DNA from: Minisyncoccota bacterium
GTDB taxonomy: Bacteria > Patescibacteriota > Minisyncoccia > Phycocordibacterales > CAJBRS01
DNA: 64,000 nucleotides
Assembly: GCA_017881075.1 (NCBI GenBank)
Contig: JADGRH010000003.1
Span: 64,682 to 128,681, forward strand
Direction of reading: 5' to 3'
The position numbers were made by a program, and so were the translations under genes. Positions 34,758 through 43,539 of the stretch are shown here, in pieces; position 1 is the stretch's first letter; every line of letters starts with the position of its first letter. Below the pieces are notes generated by a model, which saw only the letters and a program-made list of their open reading frames with translations, was not told the origin of the DNA and made no database searches.

Positions 34758-36584
34758 ATGGACTTGGAAAGAATCAGAAATTTCAGTATCATTGCTCATA
34801 TTGACCACGGAAAATCGACGCTGGCGGACCGTATGCTGGAGATCACTCATACTATAGAAAAGCGCAAAATGATGGATCAGGTGCTGGATAATATGGAGCT
34901 TGAGCGGGAGAAGGGAATCACCATCAAGATGCGGCCGGTGAGGATGATTTACACCACCTCCAACCCCCTCCTTGATCAAAGAGGGGGCACATCCTACATC
35001 TTAAATCTTATTGACACCCCCGGCCACATCGATTTCTCCTACGAAGTGTCGCGGGCCCTGAAAGCCGTGGAGGGCTCTATTTTGCTCGTAGATGCCACAC
35101 AGGGCGTCCAGGCGCAGACCCTTACAACCTTAGGCATGGCTCGCGACCTTGGCCTTACCATCATCCCAGTGCTCTCAAAAGTGGATTCACCACTGGCTCG
35201 AATTAAGGAGGTAAAAGAGGAAGTGTCGCGACTATTAGATTGTCTACAGGAAAGCATTTTAGAGACTTCCGGTAAAACAGGTCAAGGGGTTGACAACTTA
35301 CTTCAGGAAATCATTCGAAGAGTGCCGCCACCTCACGAATTATTGAAGTCAGACTTCGATAAATCTAATTTTCGTGCTCTAGTTTTCGATTTCCAGTACT
35401 CAAATCATAAGGGGGTAATTGTTTACGTGCGAGTTTTGGATGGACAGGTGGCTAAGAATGCCGAGCTTTTATTTACTGTGGCGAAAGAAAAGTTTTTTGC
35501 ACTAGAAGTGGGGATTTTTAAGCCGGAAGAGTCGCCGGCGGCGGTCTTAGCCGCCGGCGAGATTGGCTATATTGTCACCGGCATTAAAAAGCCAGGCATT
35601 GCTTCGGTTGGAGACACTGTCACTCTTCTGAAAAAACCACTGCCGGCTCTTTCTGGTTACGAGCGACCAGCTCCGGTGGTTTGGGCATCAATTTATCCAG
35701 AAGATGCTGATGATTTTGATTTGCTTCGACAGGCGCTTGGGCGTCTTCGCCTGTCGGACTCCTCCTTTTCATATGAAGAGGAATCATCAGGCTCGCTGGG
35801 CCGCGGCTTTAGATGCGGTTTTCTTGGACTGTTGCATCTTGAAATTATCACGGAGCGATTGAAGCGAGAATTTCGTTTGCAACTAATTATCGCTACCCCT
35901 TCTATTACCTATGAGGTGACGTATAAGAATGGGAAGAAGGCGATTGTTTATTCACCATCATTATTTCCCGAACAGAACGAAGTGGAAAGCGTCTTGGAAC
36001 CGTGGATGAAGCTACAAATCCTTACCCCATCATTATATTTAGGGAAACTATCCCAGCTTCTCTATGACCACGAAGGAGAAATGGATCATTCAGAAACATT
36101 TGGTGATGGCAGAACTTCGCTCTCTGTTAAGATTCCGCTTCGGGAACTGATGCGGAACTTTTTCGATGAGTTAAAAAGCGTTTCTTCCGGCTTCGCCTCA
36201 CTCTCATACGAATTTGAAAGTATGCGTCCGGCCGAAGTGGTGCGGCTGGATATTTTGGTAGCAGATGAGCCGGTGGAGGCTTTTACCAGAGTGGTATCGG
36301 TGAGGAGAGTACAGGAAGAGGCGGAGAAAGCGGTGGAAAAACTCCACTCCATTTTGCCTCGACAAATGTTTGTAACTAAGATTCAAGGAAAGGCCCTTGG
36401 CAGAATTCTCTCATCTGCAACCCTATCAGCTATGAAGAAAGATGTTACCCAGCACATGTATGGAGGAGATATCACTCGAAAGATGAAGCTGCGGGAAAAA
36501 CAAAAAAAAGGAAAGAAAAAAATGAAGGCGCGCGGCAAGGTCAATATTCCGCACGAGACGTTTTTGAAGATGATGAAAAGCTAG
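34758..36584 (+). CDS. lepA: elongation factor 4 (LepA)
   Basis: NFSIIAHIDHGKSTLADR, DTPGHIDF, LepA-specific C-terminal domain, Lys-rich tail; contains the in-frame palindrome at 34964..34987. Confidence 0.85.
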   Translation: MDLERIRNFSIIAHIDHGKSTLADRMLEITHTIEKRKMMDQVLDNMELEREKGITIKMRPVRMIYTTSNPLLDQRGGTSYILNLIDTPGHIDFSYEVSRALKAVEGSILLVDATQGVQAQTLTTLGMARDLGLTIIPVLSKVDSPLARIKEVKEEVSRLLDCLQESILETSGKTGQGVDNLLQEIIRRVPPPHELLKSDFDKSNFRALVFDFQYSNHKGVIVYVRVLDGQVAKNAELLFTVAKEKFFALEVGIFKPEESPAAVLAAGEIGYIVTGIKKPGIASVGDTVTLLKKPLPALSGYERPAPVVWASIYPEDADDFDLLRQALGRLRLSDSSFSYEEESSGSLGRGFRCGFLGLLHLEIITERLKREFRLQLIIATPSITYEVTYKNGKKAIVYSPSLFPEQNEVESVLEPWMKLQILTPSLYLGKLSQLLYDHEGEMDHSETFGDGRTSLSVKIPLRELMRNFFDELKSVSSGFASLSYEFESMRPAEVVRLDILVADEPVEAFTRVVSVRRVQEEAEKAVEKLHSILPRQMFVTKIQGKALGRILSSATLSAMKKDVTQHMYGGDITRKMKLREKQKKGKKKMKARGKVNIPHETFLKMMKS

Positions 36585-36586
36585 GT

Positions 36587-36707
36587 TTGCCTCGCTTGAA
36601 ATTGTACGTTTGTCCGGCCCTACGCCAAAAACTCTTCGTTGCGTCTGACGCAAGTCGAGTTTTTGGTCTGCGGGCACTCTGCCACCCTTCAGCGTAGCGC
36701 GAGGCAA
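36587..36707. repeat. complex ~120-bp palindromic structure (outer stem TTGCCTCGC/GCGAGGCAA, inner 20-bp stem CCAAAAACTCTTCGTTGCGTC/GACGCAAGTCGAGTTTTTGG)
   Basis: nested inverted repeats immediately 3' of lepA; GC-rich. Confidence 0.55.
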
Positions 36708-36843
36708 TCTTATCGAAATGCCGGGAAGTAGAGCAAGATCATACTAATAATGATCAAGACGCAGACTACGCTCCAGACGATTTTAATGATTTTTTGGTTC
36801 TTTTTGTGGAATAACATAGAGAATTATTATATCATAGACACTG

Positions 36844-37230
36844 ATGAGAGAATTTCAAGAAAGAAAAAGACTAAAAAGGCTCATCTACTCTAAACCAGTC
36901 CTAATTTTCCTATTTATCTTACTGGTCTTAGTGATTGACGGGACATGGAAAATCTACCAGAAAGAAAGGGAGAGCCGAGCCAATCTGGCGCGAGTGGAAA
37001 ATCAGCTAACGACTTTAAAAGAAAGAAGCGGCAATCTTTCGTCTGACGTGACTAGGTTAAAAACGGAGCAGGGAATGGAAGAGGAGATTCGCAGTAAATA
37101 TGAGGTTTCAAAACCTGGGGAACAGCTCCTAGTCATTGTGGATAAAGATGCGGCGGCGACTACGTCGCCGCCGCAGAACCTCTGGGAGCACTGGTGGTCC
37201 AGTTTTACCAATCTTTTTAAGCGGAATTAG
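36844..37230 (+). CDS. FtsB/DivIC-like septum formation initiator (inferred)
   Basis: single N-terminal TM then coiled coil; 128 aa. Confidence 0.35.
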   Translation: MREFQERKRLKRLIYSKPVLIFLFILLVLVIDGTWKIYQKERESRANLARVENQLTTLKERSGNLSSDVTRLKTEQGMEEEIRSKYEVSKPGEQLLVIVDKDAAATTSPPQNLWEHWWSSFTNLFKRN

Positions 37231-37291
37231 TTTAGTGGTAGAACTAGTGCTTCCCAAGCATTGGGCGGGAGTTCGATTCTCCCATTCCGCA
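37221..37291 (+). tRNA. tRNA-Gly (anticodon CCC)
   Basis: GCGGAAT acceptor, D-loop AGTGGTAG, anticodon loop TTCCCAA, T-arm GGGAG-TTCGATT-CTCCC; no CCA encoded. Confidence 0.75.
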
Positions 37292-37344
37292 CATTTTATC
37301 TTTCTTTTAAGGATCCTTCATCAGTCATTGTTTATGATTGATGG

Positions 37345-37815
37345 ATGAAAAACATACAAAAACAAAAGCCTAACGGCTTTACATTAATAGAAATTTTGGT
37401 CGTAATTGGTATCATTGCTATTTTGGCCGCAGTGGTTCTGATCGCTATTAATCCAACAAGACAATTCAAACTCGCTCGTGATTCACAACGACAAAGCAAT
37501 ATCACTGCCATTTTAAATGCAGTGGGGCAGGACATGGCGGAAAATAGAGGAGTCTTTACTTGTGGGGCAGCTTCTACTTCGCTTCCTACTACGGCGACCA
37601 TAATGAAAAGTCCGGGAGGATTTGATATTGGGACGTGTGTAGTGCCCATCTATATTTCTTCTCTTCCGTTTGACCCGAGCGCGACAGGTGCTCACTACAC
37701 CAGCACTACTGATTACGACACTGAATACACTATCATTTCAGACGCTAATGGTCGTGTTACTGTCAGTGCGCCGGCGACAGAGTTGGCCACTCCGGTAATT
37801 TCTGTCACAAGATAA
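37345..37815 (+). CDS. type IV pilin / pseudopilin (prepilin N-methylation motif)
   Basis: KPNGFTLIEILVVIGIIAILAAV class III signal sequence. Confidence 0.8.
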   Translation: MKNIQKQKPNGFTLIEILVVIGIIAILAAVVLIAINPTRQFKLARDSQRQSNITAILNAVGQDMAENRGVFTCGAASTSLPTTATIMKSPGGFDIGTCVVPIYISSLPFDPSATGAHYTSTTDYDTEYTIISDANGRVTVSAPATELATPVISVTR

Positions 37816-37825
37816 AGATAAATAA

Positions 37826-37858
37826 AAACGGCGGCCATTTTTTAAAGGCCGCCGTTTT
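37826..37858. terminator. bidirectional terminator
   Basis: AACGGCGGCC attttttaaa GGCCGCCGTT with flanking A/T runs. Confidence 0.65.
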
Positions 37859-38085
37859 CTATTACTTCTTGTTTTTCTTAGGCTTCTTCTTTTCCTTCTT
37901 TTGTCTATTTGCTCCTTTGGCCATTTTTAGTCAGCTTATAGGTATTTAGCTGATAGCTTATAGTCTTTATTTTTTCTATAAGTTAATTTCCTATAAGCTA
38001 TAAGCTATTTAATAAAGTCGACCTATTTAATTCACATCGAAATTGTCGTCACCCTCATTATACATAAAAAGTATCTGTAATAGGA

Positions 38086-38340
38086 GTGAAATTCAATACG
38101 TCATATACTGTATACAGAAGGTCGCTACTTATTAATCCAATAACTCGTTTCTCTATGAATATAAATTATAAAGGCGGAAATAGCACCGGAATTATCATTG
38201 GCATCGTCGTGATAATTCTTCTGGTCGCTTTCTTTGTCTATGTTCTTCCTGCCATTCGGGGCAATAACAATGGGGGCAGTGCTACTGTCACCCTTCCAAA
38301 CACTACGTCGAATGGCAATAGCGGCGGGCCAGCATACTAA
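38086..38340 (+). CDS. small membrane/secreted protein with Gly/Asn-rich tail
   Basis: 84 aa, one TM; terminator at 38364..38398. Confidence 0.35.
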   Translation: MKFNTSYTVYRRSLLINPITRFSMNINYKGGNSTGIIIGIVVIILLVAFFVYVLPAIRGNNNGGSATVTLPNTTSNGNSGGPAY

Positions 38341-38447
38341 AAAGGTCTCTTAATCTAGGGAAAAACACCCGCCGACCCAAGGGTTCGGCGGGTGTTTGCG
38401 TTGATTATTGGGGGTGATATACTATTGGCACATTAAATAATAACCAT

Positions 38448-38681
38448 ATGAAAAAAGTCTCAATTTACACCACGGATACCTGTACCTATTGCAAGATGGC
38501 TAAGGAGCTATTCAACGAATACAAAGTAAAATACGACGAATATAATGTCGGCAATGACCTGGAAAGGCGCAAGGAGATGATTGAAAAAAGCGGCCAAATG
38601 GGAGTGCCAGTCATTGTGGTGGATAATGAAGTAATGGTTGGATTTGATCGAGACACTCTGAAAGAAAGCCTCGGAGTCTAA
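38448..38681 (+). CDS. glutaredoxin-like protein (NrdH/Grx family)
   Basis: CTYC active site in a thioredoxin-fold 77-aa protein; GVPVIVVD. Confidence 0.75.
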   Translation: MKKVSIYTTDTCTYCKMAKELFNEYKVKYDEYNVGNDLERRKEMIEKSGQMGVPVIVVDNEVMVGFDRDTLKESLGV

Positions 38682-38697
38682 TTTTTCAACCCTCTCC

Positions 38698-38769
38698 GCC
38701 CTCGTAGTTCAACGGATAGAACGGATCCGTCCTAAGGATTTGATGTCAGTTCGATTCTGGCCGGGGGCA
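38698..38769 (+). tRNA. tRNA-Arg (anticodon CCT)
   Basis: acceptor GCCCTCG/CGGGGGC, D-stem GTTC/GAAC, anticodon loop GTCCTAA, T-arm GTCAG-TTCGATT-CTGGC. Confidence 0.75.
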
Positions 38770-38778
38770 CTTTAAGTC

Positions 38779-39678
38779 ATGAATGAAATTCTTATAACTA
38801 AAGCTTCTAAAGATTACGAGCTTATTGATAGTGGAAAAGGGGAGAAACTGGAACGATACGGTCAGTTTGTTTTGCGTCGGCCGGATCCGCAGGCTCTTTG
38901 GCCTAGATTTTTAAATAAGGAAGTTTGGGAAAAGGCCGACGCCATTTTCGCCCCGCCTCGGGCGGGACAGGGTGGCGTCGGCAAACCGAGTTGGACATTA
39001 AAATCCGGCATTCCTAATAGCTGGCAGATTAATTTTGGCGGATTGAAATTTGTAATTAAACTGACAGCTTTCAAGCATACCGGTCTTTTTCCGGAGCAAC
39101 TGTCTAATTGGGAATGGATTGAGGAAAGAGTAAGGGCGGCCGCCGGAGGCACAGGCGGCCGCCAGTTGTCTATTCTCAATCTCTTCGGTTACACAGGCGG
39201 TGCAAGCCTCGCTGTCGCCAAAGCTGGTGCCTCTGTCACCCACGTGGATGGCTCTAAAAGCGCCATAACTTGGGCTAAAGGGAACGCCGAGGCCTCCGGC
39301 CTCGGCTCCGCCCCCATCCGCTGGATTCTCGACGATTGCCGCAAATTTCTAGAACGAGAGATAAAAAGAGGTAATCACTACGACGGCGTTATCATGGATC
39401 CGCCCGCCTTCGGCCATGGGCCAAATAAGGAGCTGTGGAAGATAGAGGACCATTTTTTAAAACTTTTAGAACTATCTTTTCAAGTTCTTTCGCTGAATCC
39501 CGCTTTCTTTTTGATTAACGGTTATGCTTCTGGATACTCGGCAGTAGCTTATGAAAATAATTTGAAAGTACTCGTAGATAAATTCGGCGGCAAAATTGAA
39601 AAAGGGGAACTCACCATCATGGAATCCACTGGTAAGCGCCTCTTACCTTGTGGCATTTTTGCCAGATGGGCTGATTAA
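38779..39678 (+). CDS. class I SAM-dependent RNA methyltransferase (RlmI/RlmK-like)
   Basis: NLFGYTGGASLAVAKAGA (motif I), VIMDPPAFG (motif IV), N-terminal PUA-like region. Confidence 0.55.
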   Translation: MNEILITKASKDYELIDSGKGEKLERYGQFVLRRPDPQALWPRFLNKEVWEKADAIFAPPRAGQGGVGKPSWTLKSGIPNSWQINFGGLKFVIKLTAFKHTGLFPEQLSNWEWIEERVRAAAGGTGGRQLSILNLFGYTGGASLAVAKAGASVTHVDGSKSAITWAKGNAEASGLGSAPIRWILDDCRKFLEREIKRGNHYDGVIMDPPAFGHGPNKELWKIEDHFLKLLELSFQVLSLNPAFFLINGYASGYSAVAYENNLKVLVDKFGGKIEKGELTIMESTGKRLLPCGIFARWAD

Positions 39679-39707
39679 TATTGCAAAATATGATATAAAA
39701 ATAGAAT

Positions 39708-39783
39708 GCCGGGGTAGCTCAGTTGGTAGAGCATGTGCCTGAAGAGCATGGGGTCGGCGGTTCAAGTCCGCCCCCCGGCACCA
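39708..39783 (+). tRNA. tRNA-Phe (anticodon GAA), CCA encoded
   Basis: GCCGGGGTAGCTCAGTTGGTAGAGC .. CTGAAGA .. GGTTCAAGTCC .. CACCA. Confidence 0.8.
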
Positions 39784-39792
39784 ATGTCGTTA

Positions 39793-40068
39793 TTATTTAC
39801 TTATAAAAAAACTGGAAAAGTTGGGCATCTGGTGCCCGGTTATAGTTTGATAGGAAGTGGCCAAAGAATCAATAACGGGCTTTAAATAGTAGAATAGGCC
39901 TATGGTGGCGGCCACGATCACTATCCACTTAACTACAGAAAAGACAGAAGACCATTTAGTGGAGCGATAGATATATCGAATCATCCGATTGTTCTCATTT
40001 TCCAATCGAGCATTCTCTCTCAAGAGATTTTTTAGTTCCGGATCTTCTATCCCGTTAGGAGTAGTCAT
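39793..40068 (-). CDS. small membrane protein
   Basis: 91 aa with one TM. Confidence 0.35.
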   Translation of the reverse strand: MTTPNGIEDPELKNLLRENARLENENNRMIRYIYRSTKWSSVFSVVKWIVIVAATIGLFYYLKPVIDSLATSYQTITGHQMPNFSSFFISK

Positions 40069-40070
40069 TT

Positions 40071-40562
40071 TTACGATGCTCGCACTTTCAATTTTGTCTG
40101 TTTTTCCTTATCAATTTTGGGTAGTTTGATGGAGAGAAGCCCCTGGTTCTCAACCGCCTCCGCTCCTTCAATTTCTATCTCATGCGGTAAAAGAATAGTT
40201 CTGGAAAATCCTCCCCAATAAAGCTCCTTATGGAAATAATCCTGCTCTGAAATACCACCCTCTTCTTCTCGTCGCCCTTTAATGGTAACCATATCGCGGG
40301 TGATGGAAATATCCAGATCTTCTCTTCGGACCCCGGCTACCATTGTTTTAATAACAATTTCTTGAGGTGTCTGATAGACATCCACATTTAACTCTCCTTC
40401 GCCGGTATCTTCCTCAAGCCAGTTGCTAGTGGTAGATTTTTCTTTAGCAATACCCGCAATACCTACAGGACTCTTAGCTACCGCCGTCTCCTCATCCTCC
40501 TCATACTCATTCGCATTGACACTACCCGTCAGTCTCTCAAAAAATGATTTTTTTTCTTTCAT
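40071..40562 (-). CDS. Hsp20/alpha-crystallin family small heat-shock protein
   Basis: alpha-crystallin domain: VDVYQT .. VIKTMVAGV .. ITRDMVTIKG .. LLSIKLPK. Confidence 0.7.
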   Translation of the reverse strand: MKEKKSFFERLTGSVNANEYEEDEETAVAKSPVGIAGIAKEKSTTSNWLEEDTGEGELNVDVYQTPQEIVIKTMVAGVRREDLDISITRDMVTIKGRREEEGGISEQDYFHKELYWGGFSRTILLPHEIEIEGAEAVENQGLLSIKLPKIDKEKQTKLKVRAS

Positions 40563-40573
40563 ATAAATTAAAT

Positions 40574-41296
40574 TTAAGAATTAGTTTTTTTGATACCTTT
40601 AATTTTTTCAAACACCAGAATCAATATAATGATAGAAAGCCAAACTAAGCCAAAAATGATTATCAGACTGTGTCCACTATCGTTTATTATAGAAAAATTA
40701 AAGAGAGCATGCAAGATGATTGCTAGGGCAATACCACATAGAAGGAAAAGCCTTTTCTGCCACTTATTTTTATAAAAAGCAAAGGCAATAAAGACTCCTA
40801 TGATGGCTGAAGAAATAACATGGAGAAGATTGGCTCCGACAAAACGAAGATTACCGGTAATAATTCCTCTTAGATCATCATTGGACAAGAAAGGTTGAAT
40901 AAGGAAGAAAATGTTTTCAAGAGCGGCGAATCCTAGGGCGCTTGTAATAAGGTAAATAACGCAATCAATAGGCTCGTCGTCATGTTTTGTTTTTAAAGCG
41001 CTCCAAGAAGCCGCCCAGTATTTCAAAAGTTCCTCAACAACAGCAAATAAAAGGAAGGCGATAATAGCTGTTTCTTCAAAGTGAACGCTAATGAAGTGCT
41101 CAAAAGGAAGAGCTATTACCACCGCAATCATACCGGCGATGAAGGACCGGATGATTATCCGTTTCGGTTCAGGATGAAGCTTGTCTTCCTGGAGCCAGAA
41201 CCAAAGCCAAATGATGGAGGGAAGAATACCGGCGCCGACAGCGTAAATTAAAGCCCTGAAGATCATATAATTAAGTCGAAACTGGCCATTTTGCAA
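40574..41296 (-). CDS. PrsW-family intramembrane protease (inferred)
   Basis: EELLKY (EExxK), FAALENIFF, HALFNF motifs across TM helices. Confidence 0.5.
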   Translation of the reverse strand: MQNGQFRLNYMIFRALIYAVGAGILPSIIWLWFWLQEDKLHPEPKRIIIRSFIAGMIAVVIALPFEHFISVHFEETAIIAFLLFAVVEELLKYWAASWSALKTKHDDEPIDCVIYLITSALGFAALENIFFLIQPFLSNDDLRGIITGNLRFVGANLLHVISSAIIGVFIAFAFYKNKWQKRLFLLCGIALAIILHALFNFSIINDSGHSLIIIFGLVWLSIIILILVFEKIKGIKKTNS

Positions 41297-43343
41297 CCAT
41301 TAATAAACCCGACTCCTGATTCGGAACGAGTGACCAAATCTCTTCGGTGATGAATGGCATGAAGGGGTGAAGCAGTTTCAGAATGATATTTAAAGTATAA
41401 CCCAAAACTTGAGCAGTCGTTTCGGTGTCTTGTGTCTTAGAATACTCAATATATTTATCAGCGAAATCATGCCAAATAAAATCATACAGGTCGTGAGAGG
41501 CTTTACCGAACTGGTAAGTTTCAATATTCTGACTAACGAAAGCCCCGACCTCGTCCAATCGGGTCAAAAGTTCATGATCTTCGTCACTACTAATATTACC
41601 GGGTAATTTGACACCGATTTTGTCACCAGTCTTTTCTAAAACATAGCGACTGATATTCCAAAGCTTGTTGCTGAACTTCTTTCCCATAGCAATATTATCT
41701 TCGCTGAATCGGATCTCTTGTCCACCGAATTCCTGGTAGATCAGTCCAAAACGAACGGCGTCGGCCCCATACTTATCAATGAAAGTTACTGGATCAAGCC
41801 CAGTGCCGAGAGATTTACTCATTCTTTTACCGTCCTTAGTCAGAATGGTGGCGTGGATAAGCGCATCTTTAAAAGGTTTCTCGTTCATGAATTCCAGACC
41901 GGAGAAAATCATTCGAGACATCCACAAATGCATGATATCTCGAGCTGAAGTAACAAAGGCCGTTGGATAAAAAGTGTCTAAATCCTTTGTTTTCTCTGGC
42001 CAACCTAAAGCGGCAAAAGGCCAGAGAGCGGCGGAAAACCAGGTATCAAAAGTATCCTCACTCCCTTCAATTGGAATTTTATGACCCCACCAAATCTGTC
42101 GGGAAATACACCAGTCTCTAACGTTTCCAAGCCAATCAAGCGCTACTCCTTTCCATCTATCGGGATAATAATTAACCTCGCTGGATTCAATGGCCTTAAT
42201 GGCTTTTTCGGCGAGTGGTTTCATTTTCAAAAACCATTGTTTGGAGAGCAGGGGTTCGATAGTGGATCTGCAGCGGTAACATTTTGCCACGTTGTGAGTG
42301 AAATCTTCCTCTTTCTCTATCAGATTTAATCTTCTTAATTCATCTAGGATTTTTTCTCGAGCGGCGGCGATTTTAAGCCCATCGAAATCGCCGCCGATAT
42401 TTATAATCTTTCCGATCTCGTCAACGACTTTGTGATAGGGAAGTTTATTTTGATCAGCCACCTGACTGTCAAAATAATCGTGAGCCGGAGTGATTTTCAC
42501 CGCGCCGGTGCCGAATTCTTTATCAATCAATCTGTCGGTAATAATTGGAATCTTTCTATTAAGGATCGGCAAAACTGCCGTTTTGCCGATCATTTTTTTA
42601 TATCGTTCGTCATTCGGATTGACTGCGACAGCGCTGTCACCAAGCATTGTTTCCGGCCGAGTAGTGGCGACGGTAATAAATTCAACGGAATCTTCAATCG
42701 GATATTTAATATAGTAAAGTTTTGATTTCTCCTCCTGATATTCCAATTCCAGATCAGATAGGGCCGTTTGGTCTTTAATACACCAATTAATCACACGCTC
42801 TCCTTGATATATTAAACCCTTCTCGTGATAATGATTGAAAGCGGTTTTAACCGCCTGCTGATATTTCTCGTCCATGGTAAATCGGAGCCGTGACCAATCA
42901 AGAGAACAGCCCAATGATTTTAGTTGTTCTAGAATAGTACTGCCGTATTTTTCTCTCCATTCCCAAATTTTCTCAATAAATTTTTCTTTACCGAGATCAT
43001 GACGAGTCAGCCCCTGTTTTTTCAGATCTTTTTCCACAACATTTTGAGTGGCAATGCCAGCGTGGTCGGTGCCAGGGACCCACAATGTTTTGAAACCGCG
43101 CATGCGGTGATATCGTATTAAGACGTCAGAGACGGTATTCTCCAGCGCGTGACCCATGTGGAGCGAGCCGGTAATGTTGGGGGGAGCGATCATGATGGTG
43201 TAGGGCTTCTTTCGCTCGCCCGGCAGGTTATCCGGATTAAAAAAACCGCTCTTTTCCCAGAGCGAATAGATGCGGGACTCAGTGTCCTTTGGATCGTAAG
43301 GTTTAAGCAGTTTTTCGGGAGTCATTGGGATAAATATTAACAT
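41271..43343 (-). CDS. valS: valyl-tRNA synthetase (short form lacking C-terminal coiled coil)
   Basis: PPNITGSLHMGHA, KMSKSLGTG, ValRS editing/CP1 region; 690 aa. Confidence 0.8.
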   Translation of the reverse strand: MLIFIPMTPEKLLKPYDPKDTESRIYSLWEKSGFFNPDNLPGERKKPYTIMIAPPNITGSLHMGHALENTVSDVLIRYHRMRGFKTLWVPGTDHAGIATQNVVEKDLKKQGLTRHDLGKEKFIEKIWEWREKYGSTILEQLKSLGCSLDWSRLRFTMDEKYQQAVKTAFNHYHEKGLIYQGERVINWCIKDQTALSDLELEYQEEKSKLYYIKYPIEDSVEFITVATTRPETMLGDSAVAVNPNDERYKKMIGKTAVLPILNRKIPIITDRLIDKEFGTGAVKITPAHDYFDSQVADQNKLPYHKVVDEIGKIINIGGDFDGLKIAAAREKILDELRRLNLIEKEEDFTHNVAKCYRCRSTIEPLLSKQWFLKMKPLAEKAIKAIESSEVNYYPDRWKGVALDWLGNVRDWCISRQIWWGHKIPIEGSEDTFDTWFSAALWPFAALGWPEKTKDLDTFYPTAFVTSARDIMHLWMSRMIFSGLEFMNEKPFKDALIHATILTKDGKRMSKSLGTGLDPVTFIDKYGADAVRFGLIYQEFGGQEIRFSEDNIAMGKKFSNKLWNISRYVLEKTGDKIGVKLPGNISSDEDHELLTRLDEVGAFVSQNIETYQFGKASHDLYDFIWHDFADKYIEYSKTQDTETTAQVLGYTLNIILKLLHPFMPFITEEIWSLVPNQESGLLMVAKWPVST

Positions 43344-43539
43344 AAAAGCAAACGACCCCCGAACACAATATGCGCTCTAGGGGGTCGAAAAAGGAGAAGG
43401 TTCTAACGTCCGGACCTAAGACCCAAAGGTGCTCAATGGGAAAATGATTCGTCCCTTTGCGGCTGGCCATAACTCTCAATCAACTTTTCTATTTAGAATT
43501 ATAGCATATCGGTGAAAAAAGTCAAGGTTAGAATAGGTC

